DNA of 60,538 bases from positions 62,001-122,538 of the forward strand of contig CBDVDH010000002.1 of NCBI GenBank assembly GCA_965372715.1, written 5' to 3'. This stretch comes from an uncultured bacterium (lineage in GTDB: Bacteria; B130-G9). The position numbers and the translations under genes are program-made. Of the stretch, positions 28,306 to 38,845 are shown one piece after another (the stretch's first letter is position 1; each line of letters starts with the position of its first letter). The notes below the pieces were generated by a model. It did not search any database. It saw only the letters and a list, made by a program, of their open reading frames with translations, and was not told the origin of the DNA.

Positions 28306-28794
28306 ATGGGTGCTGCGCGCGACAAGATTAAGACATTCGAGGAGATGCCGTCTGTCGTCGCGGACCTCAAGCGGCGCGGCCGGAAGGTTGTCTTTACCAA
28401 TGGATGCTTCGACTTATTGCACAACGGGCATGTTCGGTATCTTGCGGCGGCGCGAGCTTCTGGGGATGCGCTTATCATAGCTGTGAACTCCGACGCCTCA
28501 GTCAGGCGGATCAAGGGCCCAAATCGCCCGATAACGCCTCAAGCCGAGCGGCTTGAGCTTCTTGCGGCCTTTTCTTTTGTGGATTATGTTTTCGCTTTCG
28601 ATGACAATGACCCGTTGAGGGTAATCACGGCGCTTCTGCCGGATGTTCTTGTGAAAGGCTCAGACTGGGCGCTCGATGAGGTCGTGGGGCGAGATGTTGT
28701 TGAGAGCCACGGTGGCAGAGTCGAGAGGATCGACCTCGTCGGCGGGATTTCGACCACGATGATCATCGAGCAGGCCAAGTGCATCGTGGTCTAG
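28306..28794 (+). CDS. rfaE2: D-glycero-beta-D-manno-heptose 1-phosphate adenylyltransferase (HldE domain II/HldC)
   Basis: VFTNGCFDLLHNGH, NSDASV..KGP.RP, LVKGSDW and ISTT. Confidence 0.92.
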   Translation: MGAARDKIKTFEEMPSVVADLKRRGRKVVFTNGCFDLLHNGHVRYLAAARASGDALIIAVNSDASVRRIKGPNRPITPQAERLELLAAFSFVDYVFAFDDNDPLRVITALLPDVLVKGSDWALDEVVGRDVVESHGGRVERIDLVGGISTTMIIEQAKCIVV

Positions 28795-28821
28795 GCTATT
28801 TGCGCAAAGAGGATTTCAAGA

Positions 28822-28995
28822 TTGGCGAAGAGCAAAAGGAAAAAGCAGGAAGTAGTTGCCGAGCCGGCCGATCAGGCTGAAGAGGCTGAGCAGAAGGAAG
28901 AGAGCTACGGCTGGGAGTATCATAAGGTTACGCTGCTGATTGCCGTAACGCTTTCTGCCATATTCTACATACTCATCTGGATATTCATCGATTAG
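28822..28995 (+). CDS. Small 57-aa single-pass membrane protein (not in ORF track)
   Basis: SD AGAGGA then TTG. MAKSKRKKQEVVAEPADQAEEAEQKEESYGWEYHKVTLLIAVTLSAIFYILIWIFID fills the operon gap. Confidence 0.7.
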   Translation: MAKSKRKKQEVVAEPADQAEEAEQKEESYGWEYHKVTLLIAVTLSAIFYILIWIFID

Positions 28996-29011
28996 CGGCC
29001 TGGAGCCAGTA

Positions 29012-29959
29012 ATGCCGGTTCTTGGCGTTGACGTGGGCGGAACAAACGTCCGCGGGATGGTGGCGGATGAGCGGGGCGAGGTTCTGTCGTTTCACGAGGC
29101 GAGGACGCCGCATGATTCGGTTGATTCGCTACTTTCTCTGATTGCCGATATGGCGGGCCAGCTCCGTTCGGAGGCCGGACGGAGCGTCCGGGCCGCCGGC
29201 GCCGGATTCCCCGGATTGATCGATTTTGGGCGAGGCGTCGTTTGCTACTCGCCGAATCTGCCCGAGTTTCACGATGTTGCCGTTGCCGCCATGCTCAGCG
29301 AACGGCTGGGAGTTAAGGTCTTCCTCGGCAACGACGTGAACGTCGCGGCGCTGGGGGAAAGGTGGCTCGGCGCCGGTGTGCAATTTGAGGATTTCGCATT
29401 TATCACGCTCGGAACAGGACTTGGGTCAGGTTTGATAATCAATGGGCGTCCATTTTGGGGCGGCACGGGATACGCAGCGGAGCTCGGCCACTTGGTCGTG
29501 GAGCCAGATGGTGCACGATGCGCCTGCGGGGACAGCGGCTGCCTCGAGGCGTATTGCTCGGCCAACGGCCTGCGTTCGAGGGCGGCCGCGCTGAGGGATG
29601 GTGGGCGCCAGTCGGCGATGTGGAGCATGATTGACGATGACGGGGATGTGACGCCGCAGGTTGTCGATTTCGCCGCCTCACGTGGTGACGCCCTTGCTAG
29701 GGGGCTTCTTTCGGATGCGGGAAGGTATCTCGGCATCGCGATTGCGGCGCTTTCAGACCTCGTCGGGATTCGCACGGCGATTGTGGGAGGGCGAATGGCG
29801 AACATGAAGTTTGATATTCTGGGCGCCGCCCAGGACGAAGCCAACCGACGTTCCATCTGCGCGCGTGCCGCTGATATATCAGTCATCAGGTCCGCGCTCG
29901 GCGACAAGGCCGGGTGCCTGGGCGCGATTCGATACGCGATGGATTGTCTAAATGGCTGA
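29012..29959 (+). CDS. ROK family sugar kinase (glucokinase-like)
   Basis: [24 protein letters not shown] and ELGH..CACG..GCLE. Confidence 0.92.
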   Translation: MPVLGVDVGGTNVRGMVADERGEVLSFHEARTPHDSVDSLLSLIADMAGQLRSEAGRSVRAAGAGFPGLIDFGRGVVCYSPNLPEFHDVAVAAMLSERLGVKVFLGNDVNVAALGERWLGAGVQFEDFAFITLGTGLGSGLIINGRPFWGGTGYAAELGHLVVEPDGARCACGDSGCLEAYCSANGLRSRAAALRDGGRQSAMWSMIDDDGDVTPQVVDFAASRGDALARGLLSDAGRYLGIAIAALSDLVGIRTAIVGGRMANMKFDILGAAQDEANRRSICARAADISVIRSALGDKAGCLGAIRYAMDCLNG

Positions 29960-31796
29960 GCTCCTGCAAAAGGGGCTTCGCTCGCCTTTGGCCCAGATTT
30001 ATGACAAGCAGAGAATCCGCAACTTCTCGATAATCGCGCACATCGACCACGGCAAATCGACGCTTTCGGACAGATTCATCCAGATGACGGGTGCGCTGTC
30101 GGAGCGCGAGATGTCCGCGCAGGTGCTCGACACGATGGACCTGGAGCGGGAACGTGGCATCACGATTAAGGCGCAGACCGTCCGACTGAGTTATACCTCG
30201 CGCAGCGGGCAGACCTACTTGTTCAACCTCATCGACACGCCGGGCCACGTCGATTTTACCTACGAAGTCTCGCGCAGCCTCGCGGCGTGCGAGGGAGCGA
30301 TACTCGTCGTCGATGCGGCGCAGGGGGTCGAGGCGCAGACTCTGGCCAATCTCTACCTAGCGCTTGAGAATGACCTTCAGATCATCCCCGTCATCAACAA
30401 GATCGACCTTCCGAGCGCGGACGTTGAGGAGACGCGACGGCAGGTGGCCGACATCCTGGGCCTGGAGCCTGGGCTCTGCGTCCCTGTCAGCGCTAAAAAG
30501 GGCGAGGGGGTCGAAGACCTACTTGAGGCGATAATCAAGCACGTGCCGCCACCAAGGGGCGATCCCGACGCGCCGTTCAGGGCGCTCGTCTTCGATTCGC
30601 ACTACGACCAATATCACGGCGTCGTCGTTTTGATGAGGCTGGTTGACGGTCAGGTCTCGGTCGGCGACAGGATAGCCTTCATGTCAACTGGCAAGACGTT
30701 CGAGGTCCTAAGTCTCGGCTGTTTCTCACCCAAAGCATACACTACCGAGACGCTTCGGGCGGGCGAGGTCGGCTTCCTTTTGGCCAGCATCAAGACGCTC
30801 GGCGATAGCCCCCTCGGCGACACTATCACACACGCCAAGCAAACAGCGTTAGAGCCGCTGCCGGGCTACGTCCCTGTCAAGCAGGTTGTCTTCTCGGGGC
30901 TTTTCCCCATCTCGACTGAGCAGCACGAGGCGCTGCAAGTCGCGCTCGACAAGCTCTCGCTGAACGATCCAGCGTTCACGTATGAGCCGGAGAGCTCCAA
31001 CGCGCTGGGACTCGGCTTCCGCTGCGGCTTCCTGGGCACGCTGCACATGGAGATCGTCCGCGAGCGCCTCGAGCGGGAGTTCGGCCTGCACCTTCTCTCC
31101 ACCGCCCCCAACGTCGTCTATGAGGTCGTCCTGACGGATGGCGGCAAGGTCATGGTCGATAACCCGCATAAGACGCCGCCTCTTCAGAAGATCGACCACA
31201 TAAGCGAGCCTTACGTCCGCTGCACCATCATCGTCCCTGACGAGTTCATCGGCGGCCTCCTGAAGCTGCTCACCGACCGGCGAGGCACGCAGAAGTCGAT
31301 GGAATACGTCGGCGCGGGCAAAGTCATGCTGGTCTATGACCTGCCGTTCAACGAGACGATCTTCGACTTCTTTGACAAGCTCAAGTCCGCCTCGAGGGGC
31401 TACGCGTCCTATGACTACGAGCACATCGGCCACAGGCAGTCCGACATCGTCAAGGTCGATATGTTAATCAACGGTCAGCCGATCGATGCACTCTCTTTCA
31501 TGACGCACAAGCGGAATGCCTATCACCGAGGCGTTGCATTGGTCACCCGGATCCGAAAGCAGATACCCCGGCAGCTATTCGAGGTGGTGATTCAGGCCGC
31601 CATCGGCAGCAAGATAATCTCCAGAGAGCGCGTCGCGCCGCTCCGCAAGAACGTTACCGCCAAATGCTACGGCGGCGACGTCACGCGCAAGCGCAAGCTC
31701 CTCGAGAAGCAGAAGGAGGGCAAGCGCAAGATGAAGCAGCTCGGCTCGGTCGCCATCCCCCAAGAAGCCTTCATGGCCATACTGAAGGTGGAGTGA
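29952..31796 (+). CDS. lepA: Elongation factor 4 (LepA)
   Basis: [25 protein letters not shown] and [18 protein letters not shown]. Confidence 0.99.
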   Translation: MAELLQKGLRSPLAQIYDKQRIRNFSIIAHIDHGKSTLSDRFIQMTGALSEREMSAQVLDTMDLERERGITIKAQTVRLSYTSRSGQTYLFNLIDTPGHVDFTYEVSRSLAACEGAILVVDAAQGVEAQTLANLYLALENDLQIIPVINKIDLPSADVEETRRQVADILGLEPGLCVPVSAKKGEGVEDLLEAIIKHVPPPRGDPDAPFRALVFDSHYDQYHGVVVLMRLVDGQVSVGDRIAFMSTGKTFEVLSLGCFSPKAYTTETLRAGEVGFLLASIKTLGDSPLGDTITHAKQTALEPLPGYVPVKQVVFSGLFPISTEQHEALQVALDKLSLNDPAFTYEPESSNALGLGFRCGFLGTLHMEIVRERLEREFGLHLLSTAPNVVYEVVLTDGGKVMVDNPHKTPPLQKIDHISEPYVRCTIIVPDEFIGGLLKLLTDRRGTQKSMEYVGAGKVMLVYDLPFNETIFDFFDKLKSASRGYASYDYEHIGHRQSDIVKVDMLINGQPIDALSFMTHKRNAYHRGVALVTRIRKQIPRQLFEVVIQAAIGSKIISRERVAPLRKNVTAKCYGGDVTRKRKLLEKQKEGKRKMKQLGSVAIPQEAFMAILKVE

Positions 31797-31872
31797 GTCC
31801 AAAACAGGTCGAAAGTCGAAAGTCTAAGGTTGGGCGGTGACGTGCCCTCGGTCGAGGAGCTCCTTTCTTCGG

Positions 31873-32547
31873 ATCACTGCGTTTCAACGCGGTGATATAG
31901 ATGGTTCTCATTATATTAACACCCGAATTCATTCGGGTGACCTGAGAAGGCCGAGTCGCCTCCCTCCACCCTCCCCGGAAGCCTCATCTGAGGAGGATGT
32001 GTCGCCCCCTCAGTCCCCCGAATGAATTCGGGGGTTAGGACAATGATAGCCCTTCTGCATCGCCTCGGCTGAAGCCGGGCGATGAGGGCCATGCCGGGAT
32101 GGAAGTATTCATGCGGGCACCGAGACGAGCGCGTGGGAGGGATTCGTCCGGGTCCCCTTCCTCCACATCACCGCATTTCAATGCGGTGATGTAGATGGCT
32201 CTGATTATCCTAACACCCGAATTCATTCGGGTGGCCTGAAGAGGCGAGGCGCCTCCCTCCACCCTCCCCGGAAGCCTCATCTGAGGAGGATGTGTCGCCC
32301 CCTCAGTCCCCCGAATGAATTCGGGGGTTAGGACAATGATAGCCCTTCTGCATCGCCTCGGCTGAAGCCGGGCGATGAGGGCCATGCCGGGATGGAAGTA
32401 TTCATGCGGGCACCGAGACGAGCGCGTGGGAGGGATTCGTCCGGGTCCCCTTCCTCCACATCACTGCGTTTCAACGCGGTGATATAGATGGTTCTCATTA
32501 TATTAGCACCCGAATTCATTCGGGTGACCTGAAGAGGCGAGGCGCCC
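31873..32547. repeat. About 2.3 tandem copies of a ~293-nt REP/BIME-like unit
   Basis: Units start at 31873, 32167 and 32460. Palindromes ATCACYGCRTTTCAAYGCGGTGAT, CACCCGAATTCATTCGGGTG, CCCCCGAATGAATTCGGGGG and CATCGCCTCGGCTGAAGCCGGGCGATG. Confidence 0.92.
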
Positions 32548-32568
32548 CTTCTCCCCCCTCTTTCTTTA

Positions 32569-33012
32569 TCATTCTATCCCAGAGCCCAGTCCATATCGCC
32601 TCGCAAAGGCCTCATACTCCTCGGCGAATGTCCTTATCCTATGATGCGCCTCCTGCCCTTCGATATAAGCGACGACATCCTCCAGAACGGACGCTGAGAC
32701 TGAGAATGCCCCATAGCCGCGTGCCCAACGGAAGTGCCCAACCAGCAGCCCACTTGAGTTGATCCAGCGTGAAGAGCAGCCCTTAAGGGCCTTCACGACA
32801 TCATCCACGGAGCACGTCCGCGGCAGATCGATTAGAGCGTGCACATGATCAGGATTGACGTGAAGCGCCTTGGTGTATATGCCATTGGACTCAGCGATGG
32901 ACATCAGCTGATTCGATACCCGCGTCGCGTTCTCCCCGTGCAGGACTTTCTCCCTTCTGAAGGTTGACTAGATCAGATGAATCCAGCAGCGAGAATGTGA
33001 ATGTTGCAGCAA
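32569..33012 (-). pseudogene. tnpA: IS200/IS605-type Y1 transposase (RAYT-like) with an in-frame TAG at codon 15
   Basis: MLQHSHSRCWIHLI*STFRRE..PDHVHAL (HUH)..KGCSSRWIN..WARGYGAFSVS..YIEGQEAHH. Confidence 0.88.
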
Positions 33013-33064
33013 CCCTCCATCTCCATATTGATATGACCTCTCGGTGGATCAGCGCATGATTGCT

Positions 33065-34540
33065 TCAGGCACGCTTTGCGAGGCGCTTGGCCCAGAGGCC
33101 GGGCTGCTGTTGTGTGTCTTTGAAGCGGTTGTGGACCCAGAGCCACGCCTCGGGATACTGGCGGATGAAACGCTCGAAGACGGCGTTGTAGGCTGATGTG
33201 TTGACGGTTATGAACTCCTCGTAGCTGTCGCATTGCTTGGCGGGGATCGGGTCGGAGAGGACCAGCCTGTAGCGGCCGTCGGGGCAGGGGATGCCGGCGG
33301 CGAAGATGACGTCGGCCCCCGTCATTCTGCAAAGGGCGGCGGGAAGCGGCGAGCTAGCGACATTTCGGCCCACGAGCTCCGCGAAGACGCACTCCTTTCG
33401 GTGGACGTTCTGGTCGAACAGGATGGCGACGATCTTGCCGGCCTTCAGCTCGGAGACGATGCGTCGAACGGAGTGCTTGCGGGCGATTATGGTCGAGCCG
33501 GCCATCGTTCTCAGCCGGTTGACCCAGCGGTCGAGGAACCGGTTGTCCAGCGGCCTGGCGAGCGCTGTCACCGGGAAGCCAGCCTTCGTCATCGCAAGCG
33601 GCGAGAGTTCCCAGCAGCCGAAATGGCCCGTCAGGATGATGAGGCCCCTGCCGCCGGCGGTCGCTCTCGCGACAGCCGTAAGGTTCTCGTAGGTGAAGAG
33701 CTCATCGGCCGGCCTTGCGATGAGTTCCGATAGATGGCATAGCTCCGCGATCTGTCTGCCCAGGTTTAAGAAGCTCTTCCTGACGATGGCCTTTTTCTGC
33801 GCCTCGTCTAGCTCGTCGCCGAACACGAGCGTCAGGTTCCGCATCGCAATCCGACGCCTTCTGGGGAGAGAGGTTAAGGTGACCGCGGCGAGGGCTTCCC
33901 CCAGCTTGATGGCCGCATTTCTCGGCAAGAGCCTGAATCCGAGAGCGATGAGCCTGACGACGACGTAGAGGCAGAAGTCAATGGGCGTCTTGAGTCGCGG
34001 CGAGAGTTTGCTGATGACAGAGGCGCCGGTGATGCAGAGAAGGACGGCTGAGCTGACGTATGCGAGCCAGAAGCCGAGCCCAAGGGCAGACGGGAACACC
34101 ATGATGGAGAGCAGCCACGTTCCGAGGAAAACAAGCGCGCCGGATAGGACGATGACGGACGCCAACAGGATGCCTCGGGCGTGCCTCGCCTTGCGCTCGT
34201 ATGCAAGGCAGCCCCAGATGATTCCGAGAAAGCCCAGCAGCAGGACGACGAATGGCGCGGCGGCCGCAAACGGCGGCAGTCCCCAGGGATTGGCGCTCTT
34301 GGATAGATATGAGAGCATTCGGGCGAGGTCTGGACCGCTGACTGGCTGGTTGAATGCTACCACCCAGGTCAGCCAGAACGAGGCGACGAGGGTGAACGAG
34401 GCCACGATTGCGGCGATAGGCAGTTTCGGCCGTTTCGTGTTCTTGCCGCTATGCGGTCGGCGGGCAGCGTCGTCCCTGGGCGTGAGCAAGGGTATGTCTT
34501 TACGGGCCTTCTCTTGCCCTGCCTCTGGCATATCGATCAC
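33065..34540 (-). CDS. LpxL/HtrB-family acyltransferase with N-terminal multi-TM extension
   Basis: LTGHFGCWEL, RPLDN, FDQN and YPEAWLWVHNRFK. Confidence 0.85.
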   Translation of the reverse strand: MIDMPEAGQEKARKDIPLLTPRDDAARRPHSGKNTKRPKLPIAAIVASFTLVASFWLTWVVAFNQPVSGPDLARMLSYLSKSANPWGLPPFAAAAPFVVLLLGFLGIIWGCLAYERKARHARGILLASVIVLSGALVFLGTWLLSIMVFPSALGLGFWLAYVSSAVLLCITGASVISKLSPRLKTPIDFCLYVVVRLIALGFRLLPRNAAIKLGEALAAVTLTSLPRRRRIAMRNLTLVFGDELDEAQKKAIVRKSFLNLGRQIAELCHLSELIARPADELFTYENLTAVARATAGGRGLIILTGHFGCWELSPLAMTKAGFPVTALARPLDNRFLDRWVNRLRTMAGSTIIARKHSVRRIVSELKAGKIVAILFDQNVHRKECVFAELVGRNVASSPLPAALCRMTGADVIFAAGIPCPDGRYRLVLSDPIPAKQCDSYEEFITVNTSAYNAVFERFIRQYPEAWLWVHNRFKDTQQQPGLWAKRLAKRA

Positions 34541-34692
34541 TTACTTGCCAAGTACCAACTAGGCATTATGATACGAGGATGTAGCAATCGGCTCGTCTGG
34601 GCTGAGGAGAATGGCACTATGATGGGCATTGCATTGTCTTGCCAGTTGTTTATTCTGGGCTTTGAAGCTAAGGACTAACACGAGAGTTGTCA

Positions 34693-35259
34693 ATGAACGC
34701 GGCTAACACACTTACAGTATCCAGAATGGTATTGGCGCCGTTCTATCTTGTCTTTCTGTATTACTCCCAGACAGAGAGCAACGCTTACCTTTGGCTCAGT
34801 TTGGCGATATTCATGGCTGTGGCTATTGGCGACGTGTTGGACGGCTATATAGCCAGAAAACTGCATCAAGTAACCTCGCTGGGCTCGTTCCTGGACCCGC
34901 TCTGCGACAAGATGATTCTTTGGGTTAGCTTCGTCATCCTCGCGATTCACGACAAGGTCCCCTTTTGGCTCATGGTTCTTATTCTGAGCAAGGACGCGCT
35001 GATCTTTGTGGGTGGCGTTGCGCTTCATTTCTTCAACTGTGATTGCACCATCAGTCCGAACCTTTGGGGCAAAGGCGCCTCAGCAGTTCAATTCGCTCTG
35101 GTGCTCTGCACTCTGTTTAGCATAGGGATAGGCTGGTTTGGGCAATCATCCGCCAACAGCTTCTTTTGGGTAATGTGGTCGCTAACCGCGTTCATGACGA
35201 CCGTTTCGGGCATTAGTTACGCTGTGATAGAGTCCCGGCGATTTAACAACGCGGGGTGA
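34693..35259 (+). CDS. CDP-alcohol phosphatidyltransferase
   Basis: ANTLT..R and DVLDGYIAR..LGSFLDPLCDK. Confidence 0.9.
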   Translation: MNAANTLTVSRMVLAPFYLVFLYYSQTESNAYLWLSLAIFMAVAIGDVLDGYIARKLHQVTSLGSFLDPLCDKMILWVSFVILAIHDKVPFWLMVLILSKDALIFVGGVALHFFNCDCTISPNLWGKGASAVQFALVLCTLFSIGIGWFGQSSANSFFWVMWSLTAFMTTVSGISYAVIESRRFNNAG

Positions 35260-35265
35260 GCGAAC

Positions 35266-35847
35266 GTGCGATCCGTTTTTCTTACAGCGCCCAATCTCAT
35301 CACGCTCTTCAGGATTTTTCTTGCGCCGATCATCGTCGTTCTGCTGATCTCCCCATTCAGGGTCAGCGCATTCATAACTGTTATCGTTTTTTTGGTTGCT
35401 GCTGGTTCCGACTGGCTAGATGGCCGCATCGCCAGGCGTTACAATCAGGTAACGGCGTTGGGAACGCTCCTTGACCCGATCGCTGACAAGATTTTGGTCA
35501 TGGCTGCGCTCATCTCGCTCGTGTCGCTTCAAAAGGTCCCCGCTTGGATTGTGGTCGCGCTCGTTGCCAGAGACATAGCCGTGTCGGGCATCCGGCAGAT
35601 GGGGGCCGTCAAGGGCGACGTGATGCCAGCAAGTGGCGCCGCCAAATACAAGACGGCGATTGAGATGGCAGCAGTTGTGGTTGTCATCCTCTCGATAGAC
35701 ATTCAATGGGTCGATCCCGTCGTTTTCTGCGATCTGAGACTAAGCCTCTTGATACTGTTGGTGGCGCTCTCGCTTGCCCTTTTTTCCGCCAGCTTATATT
35801 TGTCGCGGTTATTGGCTAACACAAACGCACAAGACAAAAGGGACTGA
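35266..35847 (+). CDS. pgsA: CDP-diacylglycerol--glycerol-3-phosphate 3-phosphatidyltransferase
   Basis: PNLITLFRI, DWLDGRIAR..LGTLLDPIADK, RD..VSGIR and AKYKT. Confidence 0.85.
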   Translation: MRSVFLTAPNLITLFRIFLAPIIVVLLISPFRVSAFITVIVFLVAAGSDWLDGRIARRYNQVTALGTLLDPIADKILVMAALISLVSLQKVPAWIVVALVARDIAVSGIRQMGAVKGDVMPASGAAKYKTAIEMAAVVVVILSIDIQWVDPVVFCDLRLSLLILLVALSLALFSASLYLSRLLANTNAQDKRD

Positions 35848-35878
35848 CCGCGTCTGGCACAGCAAGGATTGGAGTTTT

Positions 35879-38845
35879 ATGAGGCTTTTTGCCACGCTGC
35901 GCACGCTGGGCGAGAGGGTGTTCTTGCTTCTGATCTATGGATTTCTGCTCCATAGGACCGTTATTAGCCCACCGCAACCCAAGCTGGCGCTCATCACCTG
36001 GGCCGTAACATTCGGTGTTTTTGTCCTGGTTCTTGTCGTCCGTGCCTCGATGCGCAACAACACACGTCCTCACTACGGTATCGGTCGGCTCCTCAAGAGG
36101 TCATACACCCCATTGCTCCCGATGATCGCTGGATTCATGGTCGTTTTCACCATGAATGCGCTGCACATGGCGCCGCTTGATTCCCAGACTCTGAATGACA
36201 AGCCCGACATGTTGGTTCCGATTCTCTTTCTTCACGGCCTGTTTACAGCGCTGATATTCGTGGAATTCTACGGTGGCCAGAGCTTGCTCAAGATTGGCGT
36301 GGCAGTTTCATTCTGGTTTCTTTTTCTGATCTTTGGTGGCGCCAACCTGGTGGGCTTTGGTTCGCTATTGATTCTGGTTCTCATGTATGAGCGGGCGTGG
36401 CGTCTTAAATCGGAGCGTATTGATTACGTTCCAACAGCCTTTGATGTTCCGATGCTTGCGTTCTTGGTCATGTGCACTCTCTCAACCGTGTGCGGGTTTA
36501 GCCTCGGCACGAGCTCGGTCTCGTTGCTTTCGATTGCTGCTGCGATGGCCGGCGCGCTTTTGATAGGTTCAACCACTACGACACGGCGCGACCTTATCCG
36601 GCTGGTGTTCTTGGCGGCATTGGTTGGTGTGTTTTTGGCTGTTCTCAGTCTCGTGAAGCTGTCCATGCTGGTCTCGACCTTCGGCCTGGATTTTGCGATT
36701 AAGAACAGGCTCTGGCTGCCTCTCATAAACCCGAACGGGATCGCGGCGCATTTTACGCTCATGATTCCACTGATGCTCGTGCTGGCCATGGCGCGGATTA
36801 GGCGGTGGTTGTCCGTGGTTCTAGTGGCTGTGGCGGCAGTTGGTGGCGTCTGCTTGGTTCTTTCGTATTCCAAGGGCGGAGTAATCGGCTTCGTAGCCGC
36901 GATGCTTGCTTTTCTATTCATCAGGAGGCCGAAGACGGCGACGACAGCGCCTCATAGGCGGCGATTCGCTACAGTGGCTGTGATCGTCGTCGGCGCGGTT
37001 TTGCTGCTGCTGATCTCACTGGGCGAGGTCGGGCAGCGGGCGTGTGAGAGGCTTTCGGATCCAATAAGCCTTGAGAGTCGATCGTTTTTCTGGGGACTAG
37101 GCGAGCGGACCGTGGCGAGACATCCCGTGCTTGGAGTGGGCCTGCACAACAGCTACGTTCATGCAAGGATTGCTCACCTCGTTGAGTCGGGGCTTGAGGT
37201 TAATGTAAGGCAAAACGTCCTGGCGCACGCTCACAGCACATATCTCCACATCGCCGAGGGCACAGGAGTGATCGGGCTCTGCGCCTTCATGTTCCTTTTG
37301 ATCACTGTAATCAGTAGAGGAATCTTGCTGCTAAAGAAGATGCCCTACGGCCAGACGTGGCTTATGACGAAGGGGGTTCTGGCGGGCTTGATCGGCTTCG
37401 CGATTCATGGATTCTTCGATCTACAGTTCGGATCACCGGACTTAGACTACGCCTTCTTTGCCTATATTGGCCTCATAGCTGCCGCAGAGCAGGTGTGGCG
37501 ACGCGAGTCCGGAGAAGTCGTGCGACACACGAACGGCGCACGCAGAAGATCCAGGATGCTTCACTGGTGCTGCTTTGGCGTTCTGGCAGCCTTCCTGGTC
37601 ACGACTCAGGTCTCCAGGAGGTCGGAGCTGTTCTGCCCAGAACTTGCCGCGGGCGGATTCTCCCTTAACCCGAAGTTCTTCGAATCGCTAGCAGAAGAGA
37701 AGATCCGAGCGGATGAGTTTGACGAGGCGACGACGCTTTATGAGAAAGCGATCGCCCGGAAGCGCGATTACCCCAAGTATCATGAGAAGCTGGGCTGGCT
37801 CTACTGGCTGCAAAGGGACACAAAGCGGGCCTTGTCGCACTTCAAGGCGGCTGCGGATTTTGACCCACTTGGTGCGATCGGAGGTGAACATTACTCGGCG
37901 CTTGCTTTGTTTCTTTACGCGCAAGATGAATCCCAGCGCGCCTTGATCGTGATGGCTTCCGCGGTTCAAACCGATCCAAAGGTCATGAAGGAAGGACTGT
38001 GGCATTATGTCCGGCGCGACGATGACGAAGCGGCCGACTGGATGATAAGAAGTGAATTCATCGCTTACAAAAGCGGCGACCCAGTTTCGTGGAAAGCGCT
38101 CAAGAGGCAAATCATCGCCCATCTGAAGAACGAGGTTGGACCGGCTAGGAGGATAGTGGGTCCCGATAACTCCAAGCGCCGTTCTGGCTTGGGCTATCCG
38201 GTATATATGCTTCCGTGGTCGGTCACGGTCATCCAGCATTACCTTTACGAGAGGTATCTCGATGTCTTGGCGACCGATCCCTTGACCGCCAAGAAAATCC
38301 TGCTGAACATCGGGAAAGGCTATTATTACGTTGGCTGCAATGGCCAAGCTGAAAGCACTTTCAAGGAGGGCCTCAAGTTCTTCAAAGGGGACTTCAATTT
38401 CAGAAGAGCGCTGGCGGTCCTTTATGCAAGCCAGGGCAAGTATAGGAGCGCCGCAGAGCTCTTCTCGCAGGTCGGCGATAGCTACTCGGAGGGAATAGTC
38501 TGGCTTTCCGCCGGGCAATACGACCGGGCGATTGCTGTTTTCTCCACCCTGGTATCACATCACATGGAGCATCAACACCCCCAAGAACACGCAAAGGCGC
38601 TCACCATGATCGGCAGGATCTATGAACGACAGGGAGGGCCCGACGCGAGCGTTCGTGCGAGAGACTGTTACGAAAAGGCACTCTTTTTGTCGCAGACCGC
38701 GGCCAATTACAAGCGGCTGTCGGACATTCTCTACGAGCTCGGAGAGTTTGACAGGGCGAAAGAGATGTACCGGAAGGCGCTTGAGCTGTATCAGGCTGGC
38801 CAGCCGCTACGGGATGACCCGGCCGAGACGTTGTTCACGGATTGA
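35879..38845 (+). CDS. O-antigen ligase (Wzy_C)-family membrane protein with C-terminal TPRs
   Basis: NPN, SYSKGG, R..W....HPVLGVG, HAHSTYL..EGTG and TPR helices. The start is approximate. Confidence 0.8.
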   Translation: MRLFATLRTLGERVFLLLIYGFLLHRTVISPPQPKLALITWAVTFGVFVLVLVVRASMRNNTRPHYGIGRLLKRSYTPLLPMIAGFMVVFTMNALHMAPLDSQTLNDKPDMLVPILFLHGLFTALIFVEFYGGQSLLKIGVAVSFWFLFLIFGGANLVGFGSLLILVLMYERAWRLKSERIDYVPTAFDVPMLAFLVMCTLSTVCGFSLGTSSVSLLSIAAAMAGALLIGSTTTTRRDLIRLVFLAALVGVFLAVLSLVKLSMLVSTFGLDFAIKNRLWLPLINPNGIAAHFTLMIPLMLVLAMARIRRWLSVVLVAVAAVGGVCLVLSYSKGGVIGFVAAMLAFLFIRRPKTATTAPHRRRFATVAVIVVGAVLLLLISLGEVGQRACERLSDPISLESRSFFWGLGERTVARHPVLGVGLHNSYVHARIAHLVESGLEVNVRQNVLAHAHSTYLHIAEGTGVIGLCAFMFLLITVISRGILLLKKMPYGQTWLMTKGVLAGLIGFAIHGFFDLQFGSPDLDYAFFAYIGLIAAAEQVWRRESGEVVRHTNGARRRSRMLHWCCFGVLAAFLVTTQVSRRSELFCPELAAGGFSLNPKFFESLAEEKIRADEFDEATTLYEKAIARKRDYPKYHEKLGWLYWLQRDTKRALSHFKAAADFDPLGAIGGEHYSALALFLYAQDESQRALIVMASAVQTDPKVMKEGLWHYVRRDDDEAADWMIRSEFIAYKSGDPVSWKALKRQIIAHLKNEVGPARRIVGPDNSKRRSGLGYPVYMLPWSVTVIQHYLYERYLDVLATDPLTAKKILLNIGKGYYYVGCNGQAESTFKEGLKFFKGDFNFRRALAVLYASQGKYRSAAELFSQVGDSYSEGIVWLSAGQYDRAIAVFSTLVSHHMEHQHPQEHAKALTMIGRIYERQGGPDASVRARDCYEKALFLSQTAANYKRLSDILYELGEFDRAKEMYRKALELYQAGQPLRDDPAETLFTD

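Noticed and set aside
32035-32519. Repeated 116-aa and 63-aa ORFs
   Set aside because: They are translations of the palindromic repeat array.
31873-32547. CRISPR array
   Set aside because: The sequences between palindromes are themselves repeated rather than unique spacers, the period is ~293 nt, and there are no cas genes.
32968-32970. Amber recoding (pyrrolysine or an alternative code)
   Set aside because: TAG ends many normal genes here (rny, comM, htrA) and the position expects Trp, so a TGG-to-TAG mutation is simpler.
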